The position numbers were made by a program, and so were the translations under genes. A DNA stretch of 64,000 nt from the NCBI GenBank assembly GCA_038231435.1, contig JBBRLJ010000008.1, forward strand, positions 1 through 64,000, read 5' to 3'. The first letter of the stretch is position 1, and every line of letters starts with the position of its first letter. This document shows positions 28,965 through 38,998 of the stretch, one piece after another. Under the pieces are notes generated by a model. That model was not told where the DNA came from, did not search any database, and worked only from the letters and a program-made list of their open reading frames with translations. This DNA comes from Planctomycetota bacterium. GTDB lineage: Bacteria; Planctomycetota; UBA11346.

Positions 28965-30139
28965 GCGCGCTCCACGATCATGGCCACGGCCTCGCCGCCG
29001 CCGAGGCACAGCGACACGCAGCCGCGCCTGAGATCCCTGGCCTTCAATGCGAAGAGCAGCGTGGTCAAGAGGCGCGCGCCTGAGGCGCCGATCGGGTGGC
29101 CGAGCGCCACGGCGCCGCCATCGACGTTGACCTTGGCCGGATCGAGGCCGAGCAGGCGGTTGTTGGCGATCGCGACCACCGCGAAGGCCTCGTTGATCTC
29201 GAAGAGGTCGATGTCCCTGATCGTCAGGCGCGCGCGCTCGAGCGCGCGCGCGATCGCCAGGGCCGGCGCGGTGGTGAACCGAGCGGGCGCCTGCGCGGCC
29301 TGGGACTGGGCGATGATGCGCGCGAGTGGTTCGAGACCACGCTTCTCGGCGATGTCCCTGGCCATGATCACGACCGCGGCCGCGCCGTCGTTGAGTGACG
29401 AGGCGTTGCCGGCAGTGACCGTGCCCTCGGGCTCGAAGGCCGGACGCAGGGATGGCAGCCTGGCGATGTCGCCACGTGCAGGCTCCTCGTCGGCGTCGAC
29501 GCGGGTCGACGGGCCCTTCTTGCGCGGCACCTCGACCGGCGCGATCTCGGCGACAAAGAGGCCCGCCTGCTGGGCGCTGATCGCGCGGCGGTACGATTCG
29601 GCGGCGTACGCGTCCTGCTCGGCGCGGGTGATGCCGTGCTCGCGCGCGCACAGCTCGGCGGCCGAGCCCATGTGGAAGTCGTTGGTGACATCCCACAGCC
29701 CGTCCTTGATGACGCCGTCGACGACGGTGGCGTTGCCGAGCCGCATCCCGGTGCGCGCCGTCGGCAGGTAGTACGGCACGTTCGACATCGATTCCATGCC
29801 GCCCGCGACCACCACGTCGGCGTCCCCGCAGGCGATCGCCTGGGCGCCGAGCATCACCGCCTTCAGCCCCGAGCCGCAGACCTTGTTGATGGTGGTGCAG
29901 GGAGTCTTGTCGGGCAGGCCGGCGAGCAGCGCCGCCTGCCGCGCCGGCGCCTGGCCGAGGCCGGCCTGGAGCACGCAGCCCATCAGCACCTCGTCGACAT
30001 CCCCTGCAGCGATGCGCGCGCGCGCCACCGCCTCGGCGATGGCGACCTGGCCCAGGCGGGGCGCGGGAAGCGACGACAATGCGCCTTGGAAGCTCCCGAT
30101 GGGAGTGCGGGCGGCGGCGACGATCACGACTTCGCGCAC
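28961..30139 (-). CDS. Acetyl-CoA C-acetyltransferase (thiolase)
   Basis: INKVCGSG, EINEAF, GHPIGASG, SLCLGGG. Confidence 0.95.
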   Translation of the reverse strand: MREVVIVAAARTPIGSFQGALSSLPAPRLGQVAIAEAVARARIAAGDVDEVLMGCVLQAGLGQAPARQAALLAGLPDKTPCTTINKVCGSGLKAVMLGAQAIACGDADVVVAGGMESMSNVPYYLPTARTGMRLGNATVVDGVIKDGLWDVTNDFHMGSAAELCAREHGITRAEQDAYAAESYRRAISAQQAGLFVAEIAPVEVPRKKGPSTRVDADEEPARGDIARLPSLRPAFEPEGTVTAGNASSLNDGAAAVVIMARDIAEKRGLEPLARIIAQSQAAQAPARFTTAPALAIARALERARLTIRDIDLFEINEAFAVVAIANNRLLGLDPAKVNVDGGAVALGHPIGASGARLLTTLLFALKARDLRRGCVSLCLGGGEAVAMIVERA

Positions 30140-30233
30140 GCTGGAGATATAGCCGACGACTCGGCTTTATCCATCGTTCAGCAGGGAGGCTTCAGGAAGG
30201 AGGCTTCAGCGATGAGCCTTCAACAGGGAGCGT

Positions 30234-31679
30234 TCACGGAGCCGGCACGAACAGGTCGACGAAGTCGGGCACGGAAGTGCGCGCGAGACGGGCGGGGTCG
30301 CGGTAGAGCTCGAGGATGCGCTGGCATTGCGGCTGGGGGAAGCGCGAGCGCAGGTTGGCGGCGAACTTCTCGCCGAGCAGCGGAATACCGTCGGCGCGGC
30401 GGCGGCGATGGCCGATCGGATACTCGACCGAGACGCGCTCGGTCGAAGTGCCGTCGCTGAAGGTCACCTGGATGGCATTGGCGATCGAGCGCTTGTCGGG
30501 ATCGAGATAGTCGCGGCTGTACGCCGGCTCCTCGCTGATCGCCATCAGCGCGCGCAGTCGGTCGATCTCGGGATGGGCGCGATGGAACGCGTCCTCGTAG
30601 TGCTCGGCGACGAGCGTGCCCTGGGTCAGCGCCACCGCGATCATGTACTGCAGGCAGTGGTCGCGGTCGGCGGGATTGTCGAGCGGACCGTCCTTGCAGA
30701 TGATGCGCAGCGCCGATTCGTGCGTCCATATCCGAATCGCGGTGATGTCGCGCCCGTTCACCATCGGATACACGCGCGGGCGCAAGGCGATCGCGGCCTC
30801 GACCGCGGTCTGGGCGTGGAATTCGGCCGGGAATGAGATCTTGAACAGCACGTGCTCCATCACATACGAGGCGAATGGCCGCTCCACGCGCACCGGCTGC
30901 GACTCGAAAAGCACGTCCTGGAATCCCCACTGCTTGGCGGTCAGGGCCGAGGGCAGGCCCATCTCGCCGCGCATGGTGGTCAGCGCCAGGCGCACGGCGC
31001 GCGAGGTCGCGTCGCCGGCGGCCCAGCTCTTGCGCGATCCGGTATTGGGCGCGTGGCGGTAGGTGCGCAGCGCCTGGCCATCGACCCAGGCTTGCGAGAG
31101 CGCGTCGATTATCTGCGCGCGCGTGCCGCCGAGCAGGCGCGTGACCACCGCCGTCGAGGCGACCTTGACCAGGATCACGTGGTCGAGACCGACGCGATTG
31201 AACGAGTTGCGCAGCGCCAGCACGCCCTGGATCTCGTGCGCCTGGATCATCGCCGCGAGCAGATCGCGCACCGTGAACGACGCCTGGCCGGCGCGGCACA
31301 GGTAGTCGGCGACCGCCAGGATGCCGCCGAGATTGTCGGAGGGGTGGCCCCATTCGGCGGCCAGCCAGGTGTCGTTGAAATCGAGCCAGCGGATCATGCA
31401 GCCGATGTTGAAGGCGGCGTGCACCGGATCGAGCTCGTGCGCGGTGCCGGGTACCCGCGCGCCACCGGGCAGGGTGGCGCCGGGAACGATCGGACCCAGA
31501 TGCTTGACGCAGGCGGGGAAATTCAGCGCCAGCAGCCCGCAGCCCAAGGTGTCGACCAGGCAGTGGCGGGCAGTGTCGTAGGCCTCGGCGGTGAACTCGA
31601 CGCTTCCGAGCACATAGTCGGCGATGTCGACCAGGAGCTTGTCGGGTGGCGGACGGACGCTGCTGGAGGACGAGGACAT
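30234..31679 (-). CDS. prpD: 2-methylcitrate dehydratase
   Basis: [34 protein letters not shown]. Confidence 0.95.
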   Translation of the reverse strand: MSSSSSSVRPPPDKLLVDIADYVLGSVEFTAEAYDTARHCLVDTLGCGLLALNFPACVKHLGPIVPGATLPGGARVPGTAHELDPVHAAFNIGCMIRWLDFNDTWLAAEWGHPSDNLGGILAVADYLCRAGQASFTVRDLLAAMIQAHEIQGVLALRNSFNRVGLDHVILVKVASTAVVTRLLGGTRAQIIDALSQAWVDGQALRTYRHAPNTGSRKSWAAGDATSRAVRLALTTMRGEMGLPSALTAKQWGFQDVLFESQPVRVERPFASYVMEHVLFKISFPAEFHAQTAVEAAIALRPRVYPMVNGRDITAIRIWTHESALRIICKDGPLDNPADRDHCLQYMIAVALTQGTLVAEHYEDAFHRAHPEIDRLRALMAISEEPAYSRDYLDPDKRSIANAIQVTFSDGTSTERVSVEYPIGHRRRRADGIPLLGEKFAANLRSRFPQPQCQRILELYRDPARLARTSVPDFVDLFVPAP

Positions 31680-31706
31680 GTTTCGACTCTGTGGTGTGGT
31701 TTCGGT

Positions 31707-32876
31707 TCAGGCGCCGGCGCGCTGGGCGATCGGCACGAACGGCCGATCCTCGGGCCCGGTGTACTCGGCGCTCGGGCGGATGATCTTGCCGTCGATGCGC
31801 TGCTCGATGACGTGCGCCGCCCAGCCGGTGGTGCGGGCGATCACGAACAGCGGCGTGAACATCGCGGTGGGCACGCCCAGCGCGTGGTAGGACACGGCCG
31901 AATACCAGTCGAGGTTCGGGAACATCTTCTTGGCGTCGCGCATCGTGGTCTCGACGCGCTCGGCGATGGCGTACAGGCGGCTGTCGCCCAGCTCGAGCGA
32001 GAGCGTGCGCGCGACCTCCTTGATCACGTCGCTGCGCGGATCCGCGATGGTGTAGACCGGATGCCCGAAGCCGAGGATGACCTCCTTGGCGGCGACGCGC
32101 TTGGCGATGTCGGCGCCAGCCTGGTCGGGATCCTGGTAGCGCGAGATCACCTCGAAGGCGGCCTCGTTGGCGCCGCCGTGCTTGAAGCCGCGCAGCGCGC
32201 CGATCGCCCCGGCGATCGACGAATGCATGTCCGAGCCGGTGCCGGCGATCACCCGGGCGGTGAAGGTCGAGGCGTTGAATTCGTGCTCGGCGTAGAGGAT
32301 CAGCGAGATGTGCATCGCCCGGACCCACGAGGCCGATGGCGCGCGGCCGTGGAGCAGGCGCAGGAAATGCCCGCCGATGGAGTCGTCGTCGGTCTCGACC
32401 TCGATGCGTGTGCCCGAGCGCGCGAAGTGGTGCCAGTACAGGAGCGCCGAGCCGAGCGACGCGAGCAGGCGGTCGGCCAGGTCGCGCGCCGCGGCCGCGC
32501 CATGCCCGGCGGCCTCGGGCTCGAGGCAGCCGAGCACCGAGACGGCCGTGCGCATCACGTCCATCGGGTGGCTCGCCGCCGGCAGGCGTTCGAGCACGGC
32601 CTTGAGATCGCCCGGAAGCGTCCGCAGCCCGCGCAGCTTGCGCTGGTAGGACGTCAGCTCGCCAGCGGTCGGCAGGGTTCCGTGGATCAGCAGGTGGGCG
32701 ACTTCCTCGAACTGGCAGCCGGTGGCGAGATCGTGGATGTCGTAGCCGCGGTAGCGGAGGTCGTTGCCGGTGCGGCCGACGGTGCACAGCGCGGTGCTGC
32801 CAGCCGGCACGCCCGATAGCGCGACCGATTTCTTCGGCTTGAACGCGGGCGGTGGAATGGGGGCGTCGAGAGCCAT
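31707..32876 (-). CDS. prpC: 2-methylcitrate synthase
   Basis: [35 protein letters not shown]. Confidence 0.95.
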   Translation of the reverse strand: MALDAPIPPPAFKPKKSVALSGVPAGSTALCTVGRTGNDLRYRGYDIHDLATGCQFEEVAHLLIHGTLPTAGELTSYQRKLRGLRTLPGDLKAVLERLPAASHPMDVMRTAVSVLGCLEPEAAGHGAAAARDLADRLLASLGSALLYWHHFARSGTRIEVETDDDSIGGHFLRLLHGRAPSASWVRAMHISLILYAEHEFNASTFTARVIAGTGSDMHSSIAGAIGALRGFKHGGANEAAFEVISRYQDPDQAGADIAKRVAAKEVILGFGHPVYTIADPRSDVIKEVARTLSLELGDSRLYAIAERVETTMRDAKKMFPNLDWYSAVSYHALGVPTAMFTPLFVIARTTGWAAHVIEQRIDGKIIRPSAEYTGPEDRPFVPIAQRAGA

Positions 32877-33865
32877 CAGGTCGGCTTCGTGTTCGTATGC
32901 TTGGTCTTGGTGTTCTTCATGCTGATCGGCTTGGCGGTCGGCTTGGGAATCGACTTGGCCGCTGGAGTCTTCGTCCGCGCGTCCTGGGCGAACAGCTGGT
33001 CGAGCTTGCGCTCGTAGGCGTGGTAATCGAGGAAGCGGTAAAGCTCGTCGCGGCTCTGCATGGTAGCGAGCACGCTCGCCTGGGTGCCTTCGGCGTGGAT
33101 GGCCTCATAGACCTTCAGCGCCGCGGCGTTCATCGCGCGGTACGCGGCGCAGCAGAACAGCACGATGTCGACCCCTGCCTTCGCCAGCTCCGCCACCGAG
33201 AACAGCGGCGTGCGACCGAACTCGGTGATGTTGGCGAGGATCGGCACGCCGACTGCGCGCTTGAACGCGGTGTAGTCCGCGAGCGTGGTCACCGCCTCGG
33301 CGAAGATCATGTCCGCGCCGGCCGCCACGTAGGCGCGCGCGCGCGCGATGGCCTCGTCGAGACCCTCGCTCGCGAGCGCGTCGGTGCGGGCCATGATCAC
33401 GAAATCGTCGTCGAGCCGCGCATCCACCGCCGCCTTGATGCGGTCGCACATCTCGTCGGAGCCGACCAGCTCCTTGCCTGGCCGATGCCCGCAACGCTTG
33501 GCGCCGACCTGGTCCTCGAGGTGTACCGCGGCCGCTCCGGCCTTGGCCATGGAGCGGATGGTGCGCGCGATCGGGAACGCACCGCCCCAGCCGGTGTCGA
33601 TGTCAACCAGCACTGGCAGGGCGGAGGCATCGGTTATGCGCCGGACGTCGATGAGCACGTCGTCCATGGTGCTGATGCCGAGATCAGGTAGGCCAAGCGA
33701 ATTCGCCGCCACGCCGCCACCCGAGACGTACAGCGCCTTGAACCCGGTCGTCTCGGCCATGCGCGCCGCGTAGGCATTGATGGCGCCCACCACCCGCAAC
33801 GGCCGCTCCGCGCGTACCGCCGCGCGGAAGCGGGCCCCCGGTGAAGTCGCGGTCTGTCTCGCCAT
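32876..33865 (-). CDS. prpB: Methylisocitrate lyase
   Basis: [31 protein letters not shown]. Confidence 0.95.
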   Translation of the reverse strand: MARQTATSPGARFRAAVRAERPLRVVGAINAYAARMAETTGFKALYVSGGGVAANSLGLPDLGISTMDDVLIDVRRITDASALPVLVDIDTGWGGAFPIARTIRSMAKAGAAAVHLEDQVGAKRCGHRPGKELVGSDEMCDRIKAAVDARLDDDFVIMARTDALASEGLDEAIARARAYVAAGADMIFAEAVTTLADYTAFKRAVGVPILANITEFGRTPLFSVAELAKAGVDIVLFCCAAYRAMNAAALKVYEAIHAEGTQASVLATMQSRDELYRFLDYHAYERKLDQLFAQDARTKTPAAKSIPKPTAKPISMKNTKTKHTNTKPT

Positions 33866-34138
33866 GTGCGCCCCCCGTCCTGCGCACACCGTCGCCGAAC
33901 GCCCGCGCTCTGCAACCCTCGAGCGCGGCTGGCCGGAGAGGGTCGGTGGCGAATGGCCAGGGTTCGACATACCACCCGCCAACGTGGAGCATGCCCTCGA
34001 GATGGCTAGAAGCCCATCGTGGCTCCAGCCAGGTGCTGTTTTTCAGCAGCCAGCCACGCCTCTCCGCACCTGTCGCTCGCTGTCTTTCATCATTCGTCTT
34101 CGGTCTTCGGTCTTCGGTCTTCGGTATTCCCCTCTCCG

Positions 34139-35770
34139 CTATTTCCCAAACCCGATCGCGTCCACCACCAGATCGAAATTCAACGGATTCGGATAATCCT
34201 CAGCCTTGAACGAGATATAGCACAACTTCTTGGGATCGAATCCGGTGGCCGCGAACGCGCTGAGCGGGATCTGGACCTCGTGCCATTCTCCATCGAGCAG
34301 CTTGGGGCAATAGGTCATCAGCTCCACATCGGCGCTGGCGCTCTTGCCGACGCTCGCCGAGTCCTGGCTGTGCAGGATGACCTGCGCCTTGGTGGGCTTC
34401 GCGGCGCCGGTTATCTTGATCGAGGCAAGGAAGGTGGAGCACGCGCTCGCGTCGGTGATCTCTGCGTCCGCGTGGGTCGGCGAGGCGAACCAGTACCAAC
34501 CGCAGTTGGCGTAGGCCGCCTTCATGGCGACGTGCCAGAGGATCGCGGACTTGCCCTGGCGAACATCGGTCGATTGCACGGTGACGCTGGCATCGGCGTT
34601 GGTCCAGATGCCGTTGATGCCGGCATGTCCCTCGCCGTCCCAGGCGACGATGTCGCGCGGGACCAGCTGATGGATCAGGCGGCCGAGATCGTCGGGCACG
34701 TCCAGTCGCATGATGGTCTCGCGCGCATAGGCGGCACTCGAGCGCCAGGCGAAGAAGCAGTGGCCAGGCGCGTCGTAGACGACGCCCTGCGGCTGGAAGG
34801 GAAGCTTCGGACCTACCGCGTCCCAGCTGTCGCCGCCATCGCTGGTGATCAGCAGCTGGCGATCGCCGAGCGCGGCGAGCAGACGCTTCGGCAATTCGAT
34901 GGGACAGGTCTTCACGCTCGCTGGCAGGCTAGCCCACGAGGATCCTCGGGAGTTGCCGCGCAGCACGGATTCTCCATCGCTGGCCGGCCAGTAGATGGCG
35001 CCGCTCGACGCCACCAACGCCGGTCCCGTGCCGGCGACCTCGCCGACCCGGCTCCAGGATTTGCCGGCGTCCTCGCTGCGCCAGATGCCGACGTCCTTAT
35101 CCTTGGCTTTTTTTGAGGTCTTGTCGAACGACGGCGCGCTCACCAGCCAGGTCTTGGCGTCGACGATAGCCACCTGGCTGGTGTAGCCCATGGTTGGAGG
35201 GAGCTTGCCAACCTTCGAGAAGAACATGCCGCCGTTGGTCGAAACCTCGATGTCGCGCTCGCGCTCGTGGGTGCCGAGCAGCACCAGCGCGTGCTTGACA
35301 TCGGTCTGATCGACGGCGATGGAATCCAGTCCGTCGACGTTGCCAAGGCCCTTGAAAGTTTTGCCGCCGTCGGCGGTGGTGAACAGGCCGGGGCTGCCGA
35401 GCGAGTTCGCGACCCACCAGGAATCGGCATCGCTGGCGGCGATGACGATCTGGATGGGACGGAACTTCGCGTCGGCGATCGACCCCAGCTTCGCCCAACT
35501 CGTGCCGCGATTGGTGGAGCCGTACAGGCCCTTGCCGCAGACCCCGGCCACGACTTGGTCCACGCCGGGGACGACCGCCATCGCGGTCACGCCATCGGCG
35601 CTCCACGCGTCCCCCGCGAGATCGTTGGTCGCGTCCATCCACGCCAGGATGGGCCGCGTGCCCTGATCTGATGGTGGTTTGGCGGCGTCTTCGGCCCCGG
35701 CGGCGGCTCCGCATGGCGCGAGCTGCACGAAGAGGAGCAAGGAGAGCTGCGGAGCGAGCGTGCGGATCAT
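34139..35770 (-). CDS. Secreted BNR/Asp-box beta-propeller protein with C-terminal CBM-like domain
   Basis: Repeated S-x-D-x-G-x-S/T-W boxes (STNRGTSW, TADGGKTF, SEDAGKSW, TSDGGDSW); WHEVQIPLSAF. Confidence 0.75.
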   Translation of the reverse strand: MIRTLAPQLSLLLFVQLAPCGAAAGAEDAAKPPSDQGTRPILAWMDATNDLAGDAWSADGVTAMAVVPGVDQVVAGVCGKGLYGSTNRGTSWAKLGSIADAKFRPIQIVIAASDADSWWVANSLGSPGLFTTADGGKTFKGLGNVDGLDSIAVDQTDVKHALVLLGTHERERDIEVSTNGGMFFSKVGKLPPTMGYTSQVAIVDAKTWLVSAPSFDKTSKKAKDKDVGIWRSEDAGKSWSRVGEVAGTGPALVASSGAIYWPASDGESVLRGNSRGSSWASLPASVKTCPIELPKRLLAALGDRQLLITSDGGDSWDAVGPKLPFQPQGVVYDAPGHCFFAWRSSAAYARETIMRLDVPDDLGRLIHQLVPRDIVAWDGEGHAGINGIWTNADASVTVQSTDVRQGKSAILWHVAMKAAYANCGWYWFASPTHADAEITDASACSTFLASIKITGAAKPTKAQVILHSQDSASVGKSASADVELMTYCPKLLDGEWHEVQIPLSAFAATGFDPKKLCYISFKAEDYPNPLNFDLVVDAIGFGK

Positions 35771-35834
35771 GGCGCGGATTCCTTGGGTGCTGAAGCGGGT
35801 CTGGAAGGGTGAAGTCGGATGGCGCAGGCGGTGT

Positions 35835-36305
35835 TCATTTCGCATCGGCCTTGTCCGCCGCGTCCGCCGCAGCGTCGGGACGGCAGAGTGGCACCATGCC
35901 TCCGGGCACGCCGAGGTAGAGGCGCTCGTGGTCGCCCGTGTGCTCGATCTGGAAGATCATACCGGACTTGCCCGACCCCTCGGGGAACATGATCCGGTAA
36001 GCGTCCGGGGGGCGCCGCTCCATCGTGCACGCGAGCGCTTCGCCGGGTGAACTCCGCGTACCGATCGCGATGCTGTCGGCGGTGAATTCGTAGAGCGCAT
36101 CGGCGTACTGCTGCGCGACGGGATCGGTCGCCCCTGCCCGCCGAGGGACGAGTTCGTGGTACCTTGCGGCGTCGAAGACCCATGCGCCGCGGATGGCCTT
36201 GACGCTCGGCGCCTTCGCGCCGAACGACGCCGAGACGATCCATGCCAGCACCACGCTGGCGGCGACGACTCCCAGGATGGTACGGATCGAGGTTTTTCCG
36301 CTCAC
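35835..36305 (-). CDS. Hypothetical exported protein
   Basis: N-terminal hydrophobic segment; start overlaps the upstream stop. Confidence 0.55.
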   Translation of the reverse strand: MSGKTSIRTILGVVAASVVLAWIVSASFGAKAPSVKAIRGAWVFDAARYHELVPRRAGATDPVAQQYADALYEFTADSIAIGTRSSPGEALACTMERRPPDAYRIMFPEGSGKSGMIFQIEHTGDHERLYLGVPGGMVPLCRPDAAADAADKADAK

Positions 36306-38998
36306 GGCTTGGCACTCCCCGCCGCGGGAGTCGTCAGGGCGGCGACGCCGGTAGCGGGGAGCGCCACCCGCAAGCCCATGTAGATGTAGCCGGGGTAGCC
36401 GGAATTGTTGAACTCGCGGTCGGTGACGCGTTGGGAGTGGTTGTAGTAGCCCCAGGAACCGCCGCGGATCGCGCGGTGATGGCTGGGCCCGTCATATGTG
36501 AGGTTCTCGGGCGTCGTGAGCGCATAGGTGTCAGTGCACCATTCGGCCACATTGCCGGCGAGGTCTGCCACGCCGTCGCGGCTGTCGCCGGCGGGGAACG
36601 ATCCGACCACGGTGACGCCTTCCTCGGAAGAGCTGCGCAGGCATGTCGGGATCGCGAGCGTCCCGCCCAGGTCGAAGTTGCCGTGCACGCCCGGGATCGG
36701 CTTGGCATCGCCCCACGGATAGCGGCGGTTCTCGCCGCGCCCAGAGGCGACGTATTCCCATTCGGCCTCGGTGGGCAGGTGGAAACCATTCGCCGTCTGA
36801 TCGATGGCCCAGGTCGTCTCGTCGTATGCGGGCTTCAGTCCGCGCGCGGTCGAGAGCCAGTTGCAGTAGCGCGCCGCCTCGGCCCACGAGACGTAGATCA
36901 CCGGTTCGCGATCCCGCCAAGAGAAGCCGTCGCGCCAATGCCGGTGCGCGGGTGAGTAGCGTTCGAACTCCTCGTTGGTCACCTCGTAGCGGCCGATGGC
37001 GAATGCCGGCATGGAGAGCGGGCGAGGCGGCGCTTCATCGGGTGCTTCGCCGCGCGGGGCACGGGTGAAGGATCCCGCTGGGATGTCGACCAGGTCCGGC
37101 CAGGGCGTAGGCGCTGAACCGGCGCCTGGCGGCACAATGCGCACCACTTCGATCGCACTGATGGTCACGCCGCCGAGATCGTCCCAGCCTGGAGAAACGG
37201 CGCCATTCTTGCCGGTCTTGCCGAGCTTGACGCAGCTCACGGACAACTCCTTGGCGCCTGCGAAGATCGTGATGAATTTCGAGACCGTCGCGGTGGCGGT
37301 GCCGGTGGGAGGAAGGAACCACGGCACGGCATCGGCGAAGCGTTCGTTGACCGCGAGGCCGGCGGCGGGGCCGCCATCGATGCGCATGGTCAGCCTCGCG
37401 TCGGCCTGTCCTGGATTCGCCCCCGATTTCGTTCCTGGATAGGAGTACGTGATGCGGAGCGCACACGCCCCGGTGAAACCGGTGGGCAGCGTGAACGCCG
37501 CTGCCGCGTCCGGCATGTCGGGTATGGTCAGCACGCCGGCCGCCAGGGTCGCACCATGCTGCGCTCGCGCCTCGCCCATCGGCAGGAGCGCGCCCTTCCC
37601 AGCCACGGCTCCCGATATCCAGGTGCGGAAGGCCAAGCGTTCACCCTTGACGCTGTTGTCTGGAGTGGCTTCGCCGATGATCGACTTGTTCCCGGTTACG
37701 ACCAGCACCTCGGCACCATCGCGTTCGATGCGCACTGCCGGCACGCCGGGCCGCATCGCCACGGCCTGGCTGGAGACGCCCGCGGGCGCGGCGAAGCGCT
37801 TGGCCTCGCCGCCGATCGTGACCGTGACCTGGGCGGCGCGCGAGAGGAAGCTGGTGACATAGACCTGGTCGGCGACGTCGTCGTGGATCTGCTCGTAGGG
37901 CCACGCGCAATCCCTGACGTCGACCCACGATCCCGCTTCCTCGTCCCACACCCGGGTCTGGTCTCGGCTTCGCGTGCGGTAGGCGAGATAGACCTTGTCC
38001 TGCGGGATGGCCGGCTTGACGCCACTCTTGAACCAGTCGGCGTAATAGCGGGTGGCGTCGAGCGCCGCTTCGTCGCGGTCGAAGTGCGAGGCCGGTCCCT
38101 GCCAGCGGAACGGCATGAGGTTGGAGTCCTCGACATAATCATTCCAGGTGACGATCTCGACCCCATCCGCGCCGTCGCGGATGATGCCCTCCCACATCGC
38201 GCAATAGCCGGAAAGGCCGCGGAAATCGCGGAGGTTCGGGCTGTTGTAGGCGGGGCATGCTCCAGCGAGGAAGAACTTCCCCAACATCATCGTCCCGCGC
38301 CTGCCGGCGGCGTTGTTGCGCACCAGATCGTTCACCGTCCCGTCGCACGCGAAGTTGAACAGGCCGTCGATGTGACCCGCTCCGGCGAGATCGCGAATCA
38401 CCGTCTCGAGGCTCCACGCCATCGCGTAGCGCGACTGATCGCTGGTCTTCGGAATGAGCAGGAAATCCAAGCCGTCCTTCTTGAGCGCCGCGGCCGGTGC
38501 GGCGTAATCGTCCGGAGATCCCGCGTATCCGGAGAGCACCGCCTTGCCACCAATGCGCCACAGATTCGGGTGGTCGTAGAACCGCTTGAGCATGTCCGTC
38601 ACCTGGACCAGGGGCGCCTTGTTGATTCCTTCACAGGCGAAGTCGGGCGAGAGCACCAGGCGGAATCCCGTGCCCAGTTCCTTGGCGGCCTGGAAGATCC
38701 TTTCGGCTGCTAGGACGTACTGGGTCTTCTCGCCGTCCTTCGCCAGCCAATCGCCGCAGTTGAGCGCGAAGCCGTCGATCCCATGGCTCTGTGCCAGCAG
38801 GATCTCGCGCTTGTAGAACTCCAGCGGGCTGGCGAAGCACACCATGTAATGGGCGAGCACCACCCGCTCGGTGCGCGTGCGCGCTGCGACAGCGGAGGTT
38901 TCCGCGGCCGCGTCGAGCGTGGCGGAGGTGGCGGCGGACATCACCACTCCGAGGGAGAGGGAGAGCAGGCAGGAGAGGGCGTTCGACGGCAGGTTCAT
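36302..38998 (-). CDS. GH71-like alpha-1,3-glucanase fused to C-terminal FGE-sulfatase (SUMF1-like) domain
   Basis: VLAHYMV, GIDGFALN, IVTWNDYVE; YEVTNEEF, LPTEAEWEY, LAGNVAEW, RGGSW...GLRV. Confidence 0.8.
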   Translation of the reverse strand: MNLPSNALSCLLSLSLGVVMSAATSATLDAAAETSAVAARTRTERVVLAHYMVCFASPLEFYKREILLAQSHGIDGFALNCGDWLAKDGEKTQYVLAAERIFQAAKELGTGFRLVLSPDFACEGINKAPLVQVTDMLKRFYDHPNLWRIGGKAVLSGYAGSPDDYAAPAAALKKDGLDFLLIPKTSDQSRYAMAWSLETVIRDLAGAGHIDGLFNFACDGTVNDLVRNNAAGRRGTMMLGKFFLAGACPAYNSPNLRDFRGLSGYCAMWEGIIRDGADGVEIVTWNDYVEDSNLMPFRWQGPASHFDRDEAALDATRYYADWFKSGVKPAIPQDKVYLAYRTRSRDQTRVWDEEAGSWVDVRDCAWPYEQIHDDVADQVYVTSFLSRAAQVTVTIGGEAKRFAAPAGVSSQAVAMRPGVPAVRIERDGAEVLVVTGNKSIIGEATPDNSVKGERLAFRTWISGAVAGKGALLPMGEARAQHGATLAAGVLTIPDMPDAAAAFTLPTGFTGACALRITYSYPGTKSGANPGQADARLTMRIDGGPAAGLAVNERFADAVPWFLPPTGTATATVSKFITIFAGAKELSVSCVKLGKTGKNGAVSPGWDDLGGVTISAIEVVRIVPPGAGSAPTPWPDLVDIPAGSFTRAPRGEAPDEAPPRPLSMPAFAIGRYEVTNEEFERYSPAHRHWRDGFSWRDREPVIYVSWAEAARYCNWLSTARGLKPAYDETTWAIDQTANGFHLPTEAEWEYVASGRGENRRYPWGDAKPIPGVHGNFDLGGTLAIPTCLRSSSEEGVTVVGSFPAGDSRDGVADLAGNVAEWCTDTYALTTPENLTYDGPSHHRAIRGGSWGYYNHSQRVTDREFNNSGYPGYIYMGLRVALPATGVAALTTPAAGSAKP

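Noticed and set aside
28080..29696. Apparent long N-terminal extensions in the ORF track (also 36302-39865, 16997-18721, 53250-54713, 55326-57371)
   Set aside because: Upstream parts overlap other genes; true starts are downstream, several at ATGA overlaps
36302..36600. FGE-sulfatase C-terminus as a diversity-generating retroelement target
   Set aside because: No template repeat or reverse transcriptase seen in the window
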